A program made the position numbers and the translations under genes. Positions 1 to 12,343 of a stretch of 64,000 nt of DNA are shown piece by piece. The DNA comes from an uncultured delta proteobacterium. Lineage in GTDB: Bacteria > Myxococcota_A > Polyangia > Polyangiales > Polyangiaceae. The stretch lies in the NCBI GenBank assembly GCA_963782055.1, contig CAWAIF010000003.1:2912001-2976000 (forward strand). The letters are read 5' to 3'. The notes beneath the pieces were generated by a model, which ran no database searches, had not been told where the DNA came from, and was given only the letters and a program-made list of their open reading frames with translations. The first letter of the stretch is position 1. Every line of letters begins with the position of its first letter.

Positions 1-1
1 G

Positions 2-1984
<1,983 letters not shown>

Positions 1985-2025
1985 GGGGGCGGCGGGCTCC
2001 GGGCTGCCCCTATCACCCTCTGGAC

Positions 2026-2910
2026 ATGACGCTCGTTCGGGCCACAATGCGCGCCGTGCCGTCGCCGCGAGCCGCCGTCTTCGTCCTCGGATGCGTCCTC
2101 GTCGCGGGGTGCGGGCTCTCCACCTACGGCACCGCGCCCCCGGGGGACGACTCCGCCCTCGACGCCTCCGCGGCCGGCGACGCCGCGCCGCTGCCCGAGG
2201 CGAGCGACGGCATCGACGCGGCGACGAAGGATGCTGCCGCGATCGACGCGGCGGTCGCCGACGTGGGGCCGAGCTGCGATCCGGACGTGTGCCCGGGCGA
2301 GCGTTGCGACGCCGGCAAGTGCGCCTTCTACGCCGACTGCCACGGCATGCACACCGCCGACCCCGGGCGCAAGACGGGCATGCACACCTTCAAGGGGGCC
2401 GCCGGCAACTACGCGGCCTGGTGCGACATGGACAAGGCAGGCGGCGGGTGGACGCTCGTCGCGCGCTCGGTGCTCTTCGGCAACTCCTCCTCCTTCGGCT
2501 GGGGGAGCGCCACCGGCACGGCCGCCGACATGGCCAGCCCGTACTCGCTGGACGTGGTGACCAACGGCGTCGCCTTCACCGAGGCGCTCGTCGGAGACCG
2601 CGGCCTCGGCACCAACGTGTGGGGCAACAACGTCTACCAGATCGGGCTCCCCCCCAACTTCCCCGCGAGCCAGGCGAGCAGCGCCGCGGCGACGACGCAG
2701 GTCTCGGTGGTCGCCTCCTACATCTGTCAGACGGGACCGCAGATGCTCGGCAACGTCGGCTTCACCTCCCACACGCAGGACTTCTTCCTGCGCGACAACG
2801 CGACCGACGGTTTTTATGGCCTCGGCCCCGATGGCTTTCACCTCGCGTACTTCGCCAGCTGCGCTGCGGGGTTCCTGGATGGCAACCAGGGCATGATCAT
2901 GGTGCGCTGA
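2026..2910 (+). CDS. Lipoprotein with a fibrinogen-like (YCDxxxxGGGW) domain
   Basis: Lipobox LVAGC, acidic DA-rich linker, WCDMDKAGGGWTLV motif; the start could also be 2047. Confidence 0.7.
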   Translation: MTLVRATMRAVPSPRAAVFVLGCVLVAGCGLSTYGTAPPGDDSALDASAAGDAAPLPEASDGIDAATKDAAAIDAAVADVGPSCDPDVCPGERCDAGKCAFYADCHGMHTADPGRKTGMHTFKGAAGNYAAWCDMDKAGGGWTLVARSVLFGNSSSFGWGSATGTAADMASPYSLDVVTNGVAFTEALVGDRGLGTNVWGNNVYQIGLPPNFPASQASSAAATTQVSVVASYICQTGPQMLGNVGFTSHTQDFFLRDNATDGFYGLGPDGFHLAYFASCAAGFLDGNQGMIMVR

Positions 2911-4505
2911 TGCGGACGAGGAGCCACTGGGCCTGGGGGTTCGAGGACGCGCTGCCCGACGCCGACGCGCGTCGCGCGCTCGCGGCCCAGGTGACCTTCC
3001 TGCTGGGGGGGGAGGCGCTGGCGCTCCGCCCGCTGCCCCACGCCGACCGCGCGCGGATGCCCGAGCCGCGCTGCCACGTGCCGGAGGCGCTCGCGCCCTT
3101 CGCCAACCAGATGCGCGAGGACCGCATCCTGCACGCCCACGGCCGCGGCTACCCCGACATCGTGCGCGGGTTCGAGGGGGACTTCGCGCACGCGCCGGAC
3201 GTGGTCGCCTACCCGCGTGACGAGGAGGACCTCGCCGCGCTCTTCGAGGTGTGCGCGCGGGAGTCGGCGGCGCTCGTCCCCTTCGGCGGGGGCACCAGCG
3301 TCGTCGGCGGGGTGACGTGCGCCTCCGAGCGGCCCGTCGTGTGCGTGGACATGCGTGCATTCTGCAAGGTCCTGGAGGTGGACGACGTCTCCCTCGCGGC
3401 GCGCATCCAGGCGGGGACGAGCGGGCCGGACCTGGAGGCGCAGCTCGCCGCGCGCGGCCTGACCCTGCGCTTCTTCCCCCAGAGCTTCGAGCTCTCCACG
3501 CTGGGCGGGTGGATCGCCACGCGCGCCGGCGGCCACTTCGCCACCGGCCCGACCCACATCGACAATCTCACCGAGTCGGTGCGCATGCTCACGCCCTCCG
3601 GCGTCTACGAGACGCTGCGGGTCCCCGCCTCCGGCGCGGGGCCCGATCCCAACCGCCTGGTGCTCGGCTCGGAGGGCACGCTCGGGGTGATCACCGAGGC
3701 CTGGATGCGCGTCTTCCGCCGGCCGCTCTACCGCGCGAGCGCGAACGTCCTCTTCGGGGATCTGCGCGCCGCCGTCGCCGCCGCGCGGGCGATCGTCCAG
3801 GCGCGGCTGCTGCCCTCCAACTGCCGGGTGCTCGACGCGCGGGAGGCGATGCTCAACGGGGTGGCCGGCGACGGCTCGTGCGTGCTGCTGCTCGCCTTCG
3901 AGTCCGCCGACCACGATCTGCGCGAGGCCATGGAGCGCGCCCTCAAGCTTGCAAGCCGCGAGGGCGGCCGCTGCGAGAAGGGCGCGCGCTACCGCCGCGG
4001 CGGGGAGAAGGCGCGCGGGGGCGGCGGGGAAGGGGAGGCGTGGCGCGCGGCCTTCCTCCGCGGCCCGTACCTGCAGAGCGCGCTGATCAGCATGGGGCTG
4101 GTGATCGACACGTTCGAGACGGCGTGCACCTGGGACCGCTTCGACGCGCTGCACGCGGAGGTGCAGGGCGCGGTGCGCGCGGCGTTCGAGGCGATGGGGG
4201 AGCAGGGGATGCTCTCGTGCCGGGTGACGCACCTGTACCCGGACGGCCTGGCGCCCTACTACACCTTCGCGGTGCGGGGCGCGCCGGGACGCGAGCTCGA
4301 GCAGTGGGACGCGCTCAAGCGCGCGGCGAGCGACGCGCTCTCGCGCGCGGGGGCGACGATCACGCACCACCACGCCGTGGGGCGGACGCACCGGCCCTGG
4401 TACGACCGCGAGCGCCCGGAGCCCTTCGCGGCGGCGCTGCGCGCGGCGAAGCGGGCGCTGGACCCGGCGGGGATCCTGAACCCGGGCGTGCTGATCGACG
4501 TGTGA
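2910..4505 (+). CDS. FAD-binding oxidoreductase, alkyl-dihydroxyacetonephosphate synthase-like
   Basis: PFGGGTSVVGG, STLGGWIATRAGGH, GSEGTLGVITE, THHHAVG and DPAGILNPG motifs; TGATG overlap with the upstream gene. Confidence 0.88.
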   Translation: MRTRSHWAWGFEDALPDADARRALAAQVTFLLGGEALALRPLPHADRARMPEPRCHVPEALAPFANQMREDRILHAHGRGYPDIVRGFEGDFAHAPDVVAYPRDEEDLAALFEVCARESAALVPFGGGTSVVGGVTCASERPVVCVDMRAFCKVLEVDDVSLAARIQAGTSGPDLEAQLAARGLTLRFFPQSFELSTLGGWIATRAGGHFATGPTHIDNLTESVRMLTPSGVYETLRVPASGAGPDPNRLVLGSEGTLGVITEAWMRVFRRPLYRASANVLFGDLRAAVAAARAIVQARLLPSNCRVLDAREAMLNGVAGDGSCVLLLAFESADHDLREAMERALKLASREGGRCEKGARYRRGGEKARGGGGEGEAWRAAFLRGPYLQSALISMGLVIDTFETACTWDRFDALHAEVQGAVRAAFEAMGEQGMLSCRVTHLYPDGLAPYYTFAVRGAPGRELEQWDALKRAASDALSRAGATITHHHAVGRTHRPWYDRERPEPFAAALRAAKRALDPAGILNPGVLIDV

Positions 4506-4506
4506 T

Positions 4507-4579
4507 GTAGGTGAATGCCACCTACTCCCTAGGGAGTAGTTTGTGACTGCCATGTAAATGCTCCACGGGTTTACGTGGA
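4507..4579. promoter_or_regulatory. AT-richer intergenic segment with three inverted repeats
   Basis: GTAGGTG-N5-CACCTAC (4507-4525), perfect palindrome CTACTCCCTAGGGAGTAG (4522-4539), TCCACG-N6-CGTGGA (4562-4579). Confidence 0.5.
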
Positions 4580-7500
4580 TTCGCGTTGCATCGCCGACGT
4601 CGCCCCGTTAGTACTGTTGCGTCCTCGCGGCGGGTGCCCGGGCAAACGTGGAGGTGGGCCATGGTGTGTGCAAAGGTGGGGGGGTAGGCGGGCTGGCCTT
4701 CTGCCGATCGCGATGGCGGCGGTCATCGTGTCGGCGGCGTGTGTCAGGACGCAGGACGACGTGGGGCAGTCGAGCGCGCAGATGTCCTCTGCCGCTTCCC
4801 TCGCGCTGGGGGAGATGCGCGCGGCATTCAAGCTTCGGGTCGAAGAACCTGTCCGCCCGATGGCTGTCTCGAACCGCAACGCGACGCACGACGTCGTGCG
4901 GGAGGTGCTCCGGAAAGGAGACGAAGCATCCTTCCCGCTGGTTGCCGACGGCTACCGCTTCGACAAGGGCGGCGCCAAGGCGCGCGTCACCGTCCCCCTC
5001 CGTTCGGATGGCGCGCTCCACCTCGCCACGGCGGACGGCGTCTACGACGTCACCATCCAGCCGAAGGGGCTGGCGTCGGTCGCGGGCAACGAGGTCGACG
5101 GCTACCTCGTCTACCCGCAGGGTGCGGGCTCGGGTCACCTGGCGTACCGCTCTTCGGTCCGCGGTGTGGAAGATTTCCGCTCCTTGTCGGCGGCGCCGCC
5201 CGGCGCCGACGTGGGCTATGACATCACGCTCGGCAAGCAGATCGCCGGGTTGCGGCTCGTCGAAGGCTCCCTAGAGCTCCTCGACGCCCGCGGCGTCCCG
5301 AGGCTCCGCGTGGCCCATCCCTTCCTCGTCGACGCGAACGGCAAGCCGGTCCACGCGTCGCTCTCCGTCGTGGGCTGTGCGTACGACAAGAGTCCTGCGC
5401 CGCCATGGGGGCGTCCCGTCACCTCTCCGGGCGCGGGGGTGTGCACCGTGCACCTCACGTGGGACAATCAGGGCGTGGCTTACCCCGCGCTGCTCGACCC
5501 GTCCTGGACGACGACGGACTCCATGACAGAAGCGCGCTACCTGCACACGGCGACGCTTCTCGATACCGGCAAGATCCTCGTCGTTGGCGGCTACGGCGAC
5601 ATCGACTACGCCGGCGCCGAGCTCTACGATCCCGACTCCGGAACGTGGGCCACGACGGGCGCTCCGTCGACGAAGCGCGCCCAGCACGGGGCCGCGCTCC
5701 TCGGTTCGGGGAAGGTCCTCATCGCCGGCGGCAACGGGTCCGGGTACACCGTCCTCAGCTCGGCAGAGCTCTACGATCCGTCAGCCGGCACGTGGAGCAC
5801 GACCGGATCGATGGGCACCACCCGCGAGTTCATCGAGGCGAGTGTGCTCTCCACCGGGAAGGTCCTGGTCGCCGGCGGCTACGATGGAAGTGACGATTCG
5901 CTGACCGCGGAGCTCTACGATCCGTCAGCCGGCACGTGGTCGAACACCGGGAGCATGTCGCACAAGCGCTCCTATTATGCATCCGCGCCGCTCCCGAGCG
6001 ACAGCATCCTGGTGACGGGAGGCTTCAGCTCCACCAGCGATACCGCCACGGCCGAGCTCTACGATCCCGGTGCGGGCTCGTGGTCCGCGGCGGGGAGCAT
6101 GTCCAGCGCGCGTTTCTACCATGCCGCGGTCACCACCGCTCTTGGGGTGGTGGTCGCCGGCGGCTTCACCGACCTCGGCTCGACGGCCCTCGACTCGGTG
6201 GACCTCTACAGCGTTTCGAGCAACTCCTGGAGCGCCGGGCCGTCCCTCAGCACCGCGCGTGGCTACGTGGCGGGCACGATCCTCCAGAACGGCGACGCGC
6301 TCTTCGCCGGAGGGTATGACGGCACATCCTCCCTCTCGAGCGTGGACCGACTCAACCCGTTCACCGGCAGCATGGTGTCCACGTCGAGCATGTCCGACGC
6401 ACGGGCCGCGTTCACGCTGACGCCGTACTCCGGCCCGTCGTGGGGCATTCTCGCCGCCGGAGGCTACGGGTCCAGCGGCTTGCTCTCGAGCGCCGAGGTC
6501 TACGATCCGACCGCGGGTACGTCGTCCGCGCAGGTCATGCCCGGCGATCCCGGGACGCCCAGCTACCTCGCGATCGACTGGAACGACGCGAACCCGACGG
6601 GCAACTACAATCTCACCGACACCTTCACCGTCACCGTCAAGAACAACTCCGACGAGACGCGCTACGCCCACGTCGATCTGGTGGGTACCGGCCTCGACCA
6701 GCGCACGGCGGTCCGCAGCGCGTACCAGAACGTCACGCTGAGCGCCCACTCGTCGACGACCGTGAGCATCGAGGCGGGCGACTTCCCCATGCGGAGCGTG
6801 GGAGTAGAGAGCGACATCATCGCCGAGGCGCGCGAGTACTCCCCGAGCAGCGGCGCCGATACGGGCTTCATCAGCTACACCGAGCCCTACTTCGTGGAGT
6901 TCAACGCCACCTACACCACTGCCACCCTGCACGGGATCGAGGGCGCCGACCTCGACCGCACGCAGCCGACGCAGAGCACGACCCAGTCGCAATTCCTGAC
7001 CAGCACCAGCTCCATGGTCTCAAGCGTGTCGAGCCGGCAGGGCGAGGTATGGGACGACGACGACGGCGCGTTCGTGGACGTGACGACGCTCACGCAGACC
7101 GGCAACTCGGTCAGCACCATCGGATCGACGTACGTGGCGCGCGGGCAATGGGCCGCCGACTTCGAGGCGCTCTACCCGTCGTTCACCACGGACTACACAC
7201 CGGGTCCGAACGCCGTGGATCACAAGATCTGCGCGAAGTGGTTCGCCAGGTTCGAGGACGCGAAGGTCCCCGGCAGCTACCAGGATGACTACCTGCGCCT
7301 CCCCTCCAACGCGCCGCCCGGCGCAGGCGTCGCGGTGCCGGCTCGGTATGCCCGGACCATGATCTCCACCGCCGCGAACGAGATCGCCTATGTCGGGAAC
7401 CTGGATGCAGACGGCTGTGTCACCGTGACACTGGACATCGGTAACTTCGTCATCTGGCAGGAGGGGTGGCTGGACCCCAGGCGACCACGAGCATCATCGT

Positions 7501-8461
7501 CTCCTACGGCTCGAAGGGGATCGACTTCCAGCAGACCAACTTCGCGTACTCGAATGTTCCGGTGTTTGCGAGCACGGCGTTCTCCATCACGCAGAACGTC
7601 GCCGGCGATCCGCCCGCGATCACTGAGACGGACGACGACTACGCCACCCGGGTCGTCGCCGTGATGAGCCAGATCGTGTCTGCCTCTGCCGCCGAGACCG
7701 GGCTCATTGCCAATCACACGTATGAGGCGTGGGCCAACGACGGCTGCGGTGGCCTTGGCGCGTGCTACGATACCAGCAACGATCGATTCCTCATTGGTCC
7801 GGAGCCGAATGGCGGCAAGCACAGCTCATTGTACAAGACCATCATCGCCCACGAGTTCGGGCACAACATCCATGCGAAGGAGCTAGGGGCGGACTCCAGC
7901 GGCGACGGTCACGGGATACCGGGCTACACGTACAACGCGAGCGTCAGCCAGCCCTTTGCTCCTGCATCCGACGTGCAGGACGATGCATGGTGCCGGTGTG
8001 ACTACATCAACACCAGCAACGTGACGCACTGTCCGCCTGTGGCCGTCTCCTGCATGGGAGACGGTTCCGATCCGACGACGAAGTGGATGGAGACGAAGTG
8101 TCCCGACAACGATAGCCATCTTGGCAACGAGTGGGACTGGATGCGCGCGCTGTACCGCATCAACACCCAGACGACCAACAAGTACTCCCTGAGCGACCTT
8201 GCATCCATTTACCGGTTGGCTTGTTCCGGGAGCACCACCGGAGTGTGCACGGCTGGTAGCACCAGCACCGACGTTGGGGAGAATGTGTATTTCAATGCGA
8301 CACCGGATGACTTTTACTACCCACAGGTAGGGACCATCTACGCGGGATACACGAGCCTGGTCGATGCGGCGTGTAGCGTGGAGGGCGGAAGCTGCGACAG
8401 CTTCGACGCTAAGTTCAGCCACTTCTTCAATAGCGGGCAGTCCCAAGGAATCAACCACTGA
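4575..8461 (+). CDS. Large exported kelch-repeat protein with a C-terminal HEXXH metallopeptidase-like domain; frameshifted near 7475
   Basis: Kelch repeats (GKVLxAGG...AELYDP). The coding frame switches at GACCCCAG (C4 run) into ORF 7466-8461, which carries IIAHEFGHNIH. Start codon uncertain; lipobox-like SAAC near 4740. Confidence 0.75.
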
Positions 8462-9579
8462 TGCATGTGCGACGGCTGGTCGTTGCCGGGCTCGCCGTGA
8501 TGATGCTCGGCTATGCGGCGTTGCGGTGCTCCAGTGGATCCCTCAATACTGGAGATGGCGGCGCTCCGCCCGTGGACGCCAGCGCGGCGCGATGGGATGC
8601 GAGTCCCGACGTGGTCGCGGAGTCTGGTGTAACGTGTGGACGCCCCACCGTGCAGAAACAATGCGCGTCGGACTGGTGCTACGTTCCGCCCGGTTGCTTC
8701 TGGATGGGCTCGCCGGAGACAGAGTTCGGTCGTGGTGCCGCGGACGAGCGTCTGCACGCGGTGACACTGACGCACTCCTTCCTGATCCAGCAGACAGAGA
8801 TGACCCAAGGACAATGGGCGTCGCTCGGCACGGACCTCCTTTCGGGGATCCCGGATGCGGACGGGGGGTTCAAGGATCACGGAACTGGTCCGCGACTGCC
8901 CGTGTATACTGCAACGTACTACGACGCCATGGCCTTCGCCAATGCCTTGTCCAAACGGTTCGGGCTGCCGGAGTGCTACGTCCTGCACGGCTGCACGGGC
9001 TCGACGGGCAAGGTCCTGAAGTGCTCCAGCTACGATCTAACCGCACCCAGCCCATACGAGTGCAACGGGTACCGCCTGCCGACCGAGGCCGAGTGGGAGT
9101 ACGCGGCGCGAGCTGGCACGACGACGGCCTTCTATTCCGGCGACATCACAGCATCGGCGGATTGGGAGGATTGCATCCAGGATGACAGCCTGCTGAAGAT
9201 CGGCTGGTACTGTTTCAACTCTGGGGGAACGCTTCACGAGGTCGGCTTACTCCAGCCGAACGGCTTGGGGTTGTACGACATGTCCGGGAATGAGCCGGAG
9301 TGGGTCCAGGATGGATTCCACAATCTCCCTGCTGACGCCGTGACGGACCCCTACACGCCCCAGCCCGGCTACGAGGCAACATTCCGCGGCGGCGCAGCAA
9401 GTCTCTGGGCCAGCGACGAGCGGTCCGCCAGTCGAGGTTTCGGCCCGGCCTCGGCCCTGTCGGGGCTTCGTCTCGTTCGGACGCTTGCACCGGGCGAGGA
9501 CGCCGGCCCCGGCCCATTTCCCGATGCCGGCTACGACTGGGAGGCCGGTGCCAGCGCGCTTGACGCGTCACCAGAATGA
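8461..9579 (+). CDS. Formylglycine-generating enzyme (SUMF1/FGE-sulfatase) domain protein, exported
   Basis: FWMGSPETE, YRLPTEAEWEYAARAG, PNGLGLYDMSGN and GLRLVRT motifs; N-terminal signal; TGATG coupling to the upstream gene. Confidence 0.9.
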   Translation: MHVRRLVVAGLAVMMLGYAALRCSSGSLNTGDGGAPPVDASAARWDASPDVVAESGVTCGRPTVQKQCASDWCYVPPGCFWMGSPETEFGRGAADERLHAVTLTHSFLIQQTEMTQGQWASLGTDLLSGIPDADGGFKDHGTGPRLPVYTATYYDAMAFANALSKRFGLPECYVLHGCTGSTGKVLKCSSYDLTAPSPYECNGYRLPTEAEWEYAARAGTTTAFYSGDITASADWEDCIQDDSLLKIGWYCFNSGGTLHEVGLLQPNGLGLYDMSGNEPEWVQDGFHNLPADAVTDPYTPQPGYEATFRGGAASLWASDERSASRGFGPASALSGLRLVRTLAPGEDAGPGPFPDAGYDWEAGASALDASPE

Positions 9580-9670
9580 TCGCGGAGCGCTGGCGTGCGG
9601 CTCGGGCGTGTCACGTCGGCGTGTCGTCTCCGGCGCGCCGCAGGCATCAAGCCTCTGCTAACGTGCTCTG

Positions 9671-12187
9671 GTGCGTCGCGTCGTCCTTGCCTCCTTCGTC
9701 CTCGGCCTCTCCTACTGCTCGTCCTCGTCAGAGCCGCCTTCTCCGCCGGTGTCGTCGACGTACGGCGTCTTCACCGTGGTCCTCTCCCCGGACAGCGCCG
9801 ATCTGGACGTGCAGGGGCCGGACGGCAAGAAGCTCCTGGAAGGGCTCCCGGCGTCGGGCGACGTGGGCGCCGGCTTCTCGCAGAACGACGACGCGCCGCC
9901 GATGACGGGCTTCGCGGTCCGCGACGTGGCCACGAGCTACGACATGCTCTACGGCGCCTTCAAGATCGTCGACACGCCGAACGCCCCGTGGCGCGTGGCG
10001 AGCAAGGGGAGCTGGGCGGGCGGCAGCGCGCCGGTGGAGCTGCTCGACGGGAGCGGCGCGAAGCTGGCGTCCATCACCTTCTCGCGCGACGGCGACGACA
10101 ATGGCCTCGTCGCCGACATCGAGCCGGGCGACGGCCCGGAGCGCCGCTTCTCCTGGGGCTTCCGCTGCGCGCCGGACGATCACTTCCTGGGCTTCGGCGC
10201 GCAGACGTGGGGCGTGGACGGCCGCGACGAGAGCATCCCCATCTGGGTGCAGGAGGAGGGGATCCGCAAGGACCTCACCACCGACGATCCCACCGGCGCG
10301 TGGTTCCTCGTCGGCCGCCGGCACTCGTCGTACATGCCGATGCCGGAGTTCCTCTCCAGCCGCGGCATCTACGTGGTCGCGGAGACCGACCACCTCTCGC
10401 AGTTCGCGCTCTGCAAGGAGCGCGAGGACGTGGGGCGCATCCAGCTCCAGATGCCGGTGAAGCTGCACCTCTTCTACGGGCCGGACGCCAAGGCGGCCAT
10501 CACCCGCATGACCGCGCGCTTCGGCCGGCCGCGCGTGCCGCCGGACTTCGCCTTCGCGCCGTGGAACGACGCCATCTTCGGGTCCGCCAACGTGCGGCGC
10601 GTGGCGGACAAGCTGCGGCAGCTCGGCATCCCCTCCAGCGTCATCTGGACGGAGGACTGGCGCGGCGGGGACGCCGGGCCGGACAACCGCTACGCCCTCA
10701 AGGAGGAGTGGGAGGTCGACCGGACGCTCTACCCGGACTTCGAGCAGGTCGCCAAGGACCTGCACGCCGCCGGCTTCAAGTGGCTGGTGTACTTCAACCC
10801 CTTCGTCGAGACGGACAGCAAGGCGTACCCGGAGACGGCGCCCAACGGGTATCTGATCCAGAAGTCCGACGGGACGCCGTACCTCTTCCAGGACGCCAAG
10901 TTCATCGACAGCTCGCTCGTCGACCTCTCCAAGCCGGCGGCGATCGCCTGGGCGGTGAAGAAGATGCAGGAGGCGCTGAAGATGGGGGCCGACGGCTGGA
11001 TGGGGGACTACTCGGAGTGGCTGCCCACCGACGCGACGCTCGCCGGCGGCAGCGGCCTGGACCTGCACAACCGCTACCCGGTCCTCTGGCAAGAGGCGCA
11101 GCGGCAGGCGCTCGACGGGATGAAGGACGGCGTCGAGCGGCTGGACTTCGTGCGCACGGGCTGGTTCGGCACGCCGGGTCTGGCCGACGTCTTCTGGGGC
11201 GGCGATCAGCAGAGCGACTTCCAGCCGGACGACGGGCTGCCGACGGTGATGCCCATCGGCCTGGGCGTGGGCCTCTCCGGCGTCTCGACGTACGGCAGCG
11301 ACGTGGGCGGATACCAGAACATCAACAGCCAGCCCAGCACGAAGGAGCTCTTCTTCCGCTGGACGGAGATCGGCGCCTTCAGTCCGGTGATGCGCACCCA
11401 CCACGGCTCGGCGCCGAAGCCCAACTGGAGCTGGGAGTCGGACACCGAGACGACCGACTTCTGGACGCGCTACGCGCGGCAGCACATCGCGCTCGCGCCG
11501 TACCTGGAGGAGCTGGCGCGCCGCGCGCACGACACCGGCATCGCCATCTGGCGGCCGCTCGCGGTGGAGTTCCCGGGCGACGCGCGGCTGTGGCCGCTCG
11601 CAGACGAGGTGATGGTGGGGGAAGGGATGCTGGTCGCGCCCGTCCTGACGCAGGGGGCCACCAGCCGCGAGGTGATGCTGCCCGCGGGGACGTCGTGGTT
11701 CCCGTGGAACGGCGGCGCGCCTGTCGCCGGCGGCGGGACGGTGACCGCCGACGCGCCGATGAGCGAGATCCCGGTCTACGCACGCGCCGGCGCGGTCATC
11801 CCGACCTTTCCCGACGGGGTGGAGACGCTGACGCACGAGCCGTCCAGCGCGGCCAACCAGAGCTTCGCCGGCGACGACCGGGTGGTGCTCGCCTTCGCCG
11901 GGGCGGACGGCTCCTTCTCCGAGCGCAACGGCGCGGTCTACACGCTCTCCAGCGGCGCCTACGCCGCGTCGACCGACGCGCCGGCGGTGACCTTCGACGG
12001 CGTGGCGCTCGCCGCGTGCGGCGGTACGCCCGCGCCGCCCTGCTTCACGAGCGACGCCGAGGGCGTCCGCGCCTACGTGAAGGGCGCTGGGAAGCTGGCC
12101 GTCACGCGGGGGGCGGCGAGCATCGCCACGCTGGAGATCGCCACGCCCAACACGCTGGCCACCTTCGAGGTGCGGCTCCGCTTCTGA
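9671..12187 (+). CDS. Glycoside hydrolase family 31, YihQ-like, probably a lipoprotein
   Basis: IWTEDW, GWMGDYSEW (nucleophile Asp), WGGDQ (acid/base Asp), SDVGGY, FSPVMRTH; signal peptide ending LSYC. Confidence 0.88.
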   Translation: MRRVVLASFVLGLSYCSSSSEPPSPPVSSTYGVFTVVLSPDSADLDVQGPDGKKLLEGLPASGDVGAGFSQNDDAPPMTGFAVRDVATSYDMLYGAFKIVDTPNAPWRVASKGSWAGGSAPVELLDGSGAKLASITFSRDGDDNGLVADIEPGDGPERRFSWGFRCAPDDHFLGFGAQTWGVDGRDESIPIWVQEEGIRKDLTTDDPTGAWFLVGRRHSSYMPMPEFLSSRGIYVVAETDHLSQFALCKEREDVGRIQLQMPVKLHLFYGPDAKAAITRMTARFGRPRVPPDFAFAPWNDAIFGSANVRRVADKLRQLGIPSSVIWTEDWRGGDAGPDNRYALKEEWEVDRTLYPDFEQVAKDLHAAGFKWLVYFNPFVETDSKAYPETAPNGYLIQKSDGTPYLFQDAKFIDSSLVDLSKPAAIAWAVKKMQEALKMGADGWMGDYSEWLPTDATLAGGSGLDLHNRYPVLWQEAQRQALDGMKDGVERLDFVRTGWFGTPGLADVFWGGDQQSDFQPDDGLPTVMPIGLGVGLSGVSTYGSDVGGYQNINSQPSTKELFFRWTEIGAFSPVMRTHHGSAPKPNWSWESDTETTDFWTRYARQHIALAPYLEELARRAHDTGIAIWRPLAVEFPGDARLWPLADEVMVGEGMLVAPVLTQGATSREVMLPAGTSWFPWNGGAPVAGGGTVTADAPMSEIPVYARAGAVIPTFPDGVETLTHEPSSAANQSFAGDDRVVLAFAGADGSFSERNGAVYTLSSGAYAASTDAPAVTFDGVALAACGGTPAPPCFTSDAEGVRAYVKGAGKLAVTRGAASIATLEIATPNTLATFEVRLRF

Positions 12188-12204
12188 GCGCCCGCGGCCG
12201 GCTT

Positions 12205-12343
12205 CCCCGCCCCCTGTCCCCCCTGTCCCCCTTTCTGTCCCGGGACACCAAACGTCGGAGTGCAAGCAGGCTGGCACTTCGACGTTTCAGCGGGAATCTG
12301 CGAGGGGGGTGGGGTGGCACGGGAGGTGCTCTGGATGGTGGGA
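12205..12343 (+). repeat. Dispersed hairpin/sigma54 module, copy 1
   Basis: (CCCCTGT)n tract, inverted repeat AAACGTCGGAGTGC/GCACTTCGACGTTT (12250-12287), GGGAATCT, then the sigma54 box; matches 53360-53498 (reverse strand) and in part 20205-20292. Confidence 0.85.
12315..12330 (+). promoter_or_regulatory. Sigma54 -24/-12 promoter for MarR copy 1
   Basis: TGGCACGGGAGGTGCT has the exact GG-N10-GC spacing and is conserved in copy 2. Confidence 0.7.

Noticed and set aside
8461..9579. FGE-domain gene as a diversity-generating retroelement target
   Set aside because: No reverse transcriptase, and no template repeat of its 3' end seen in the window.
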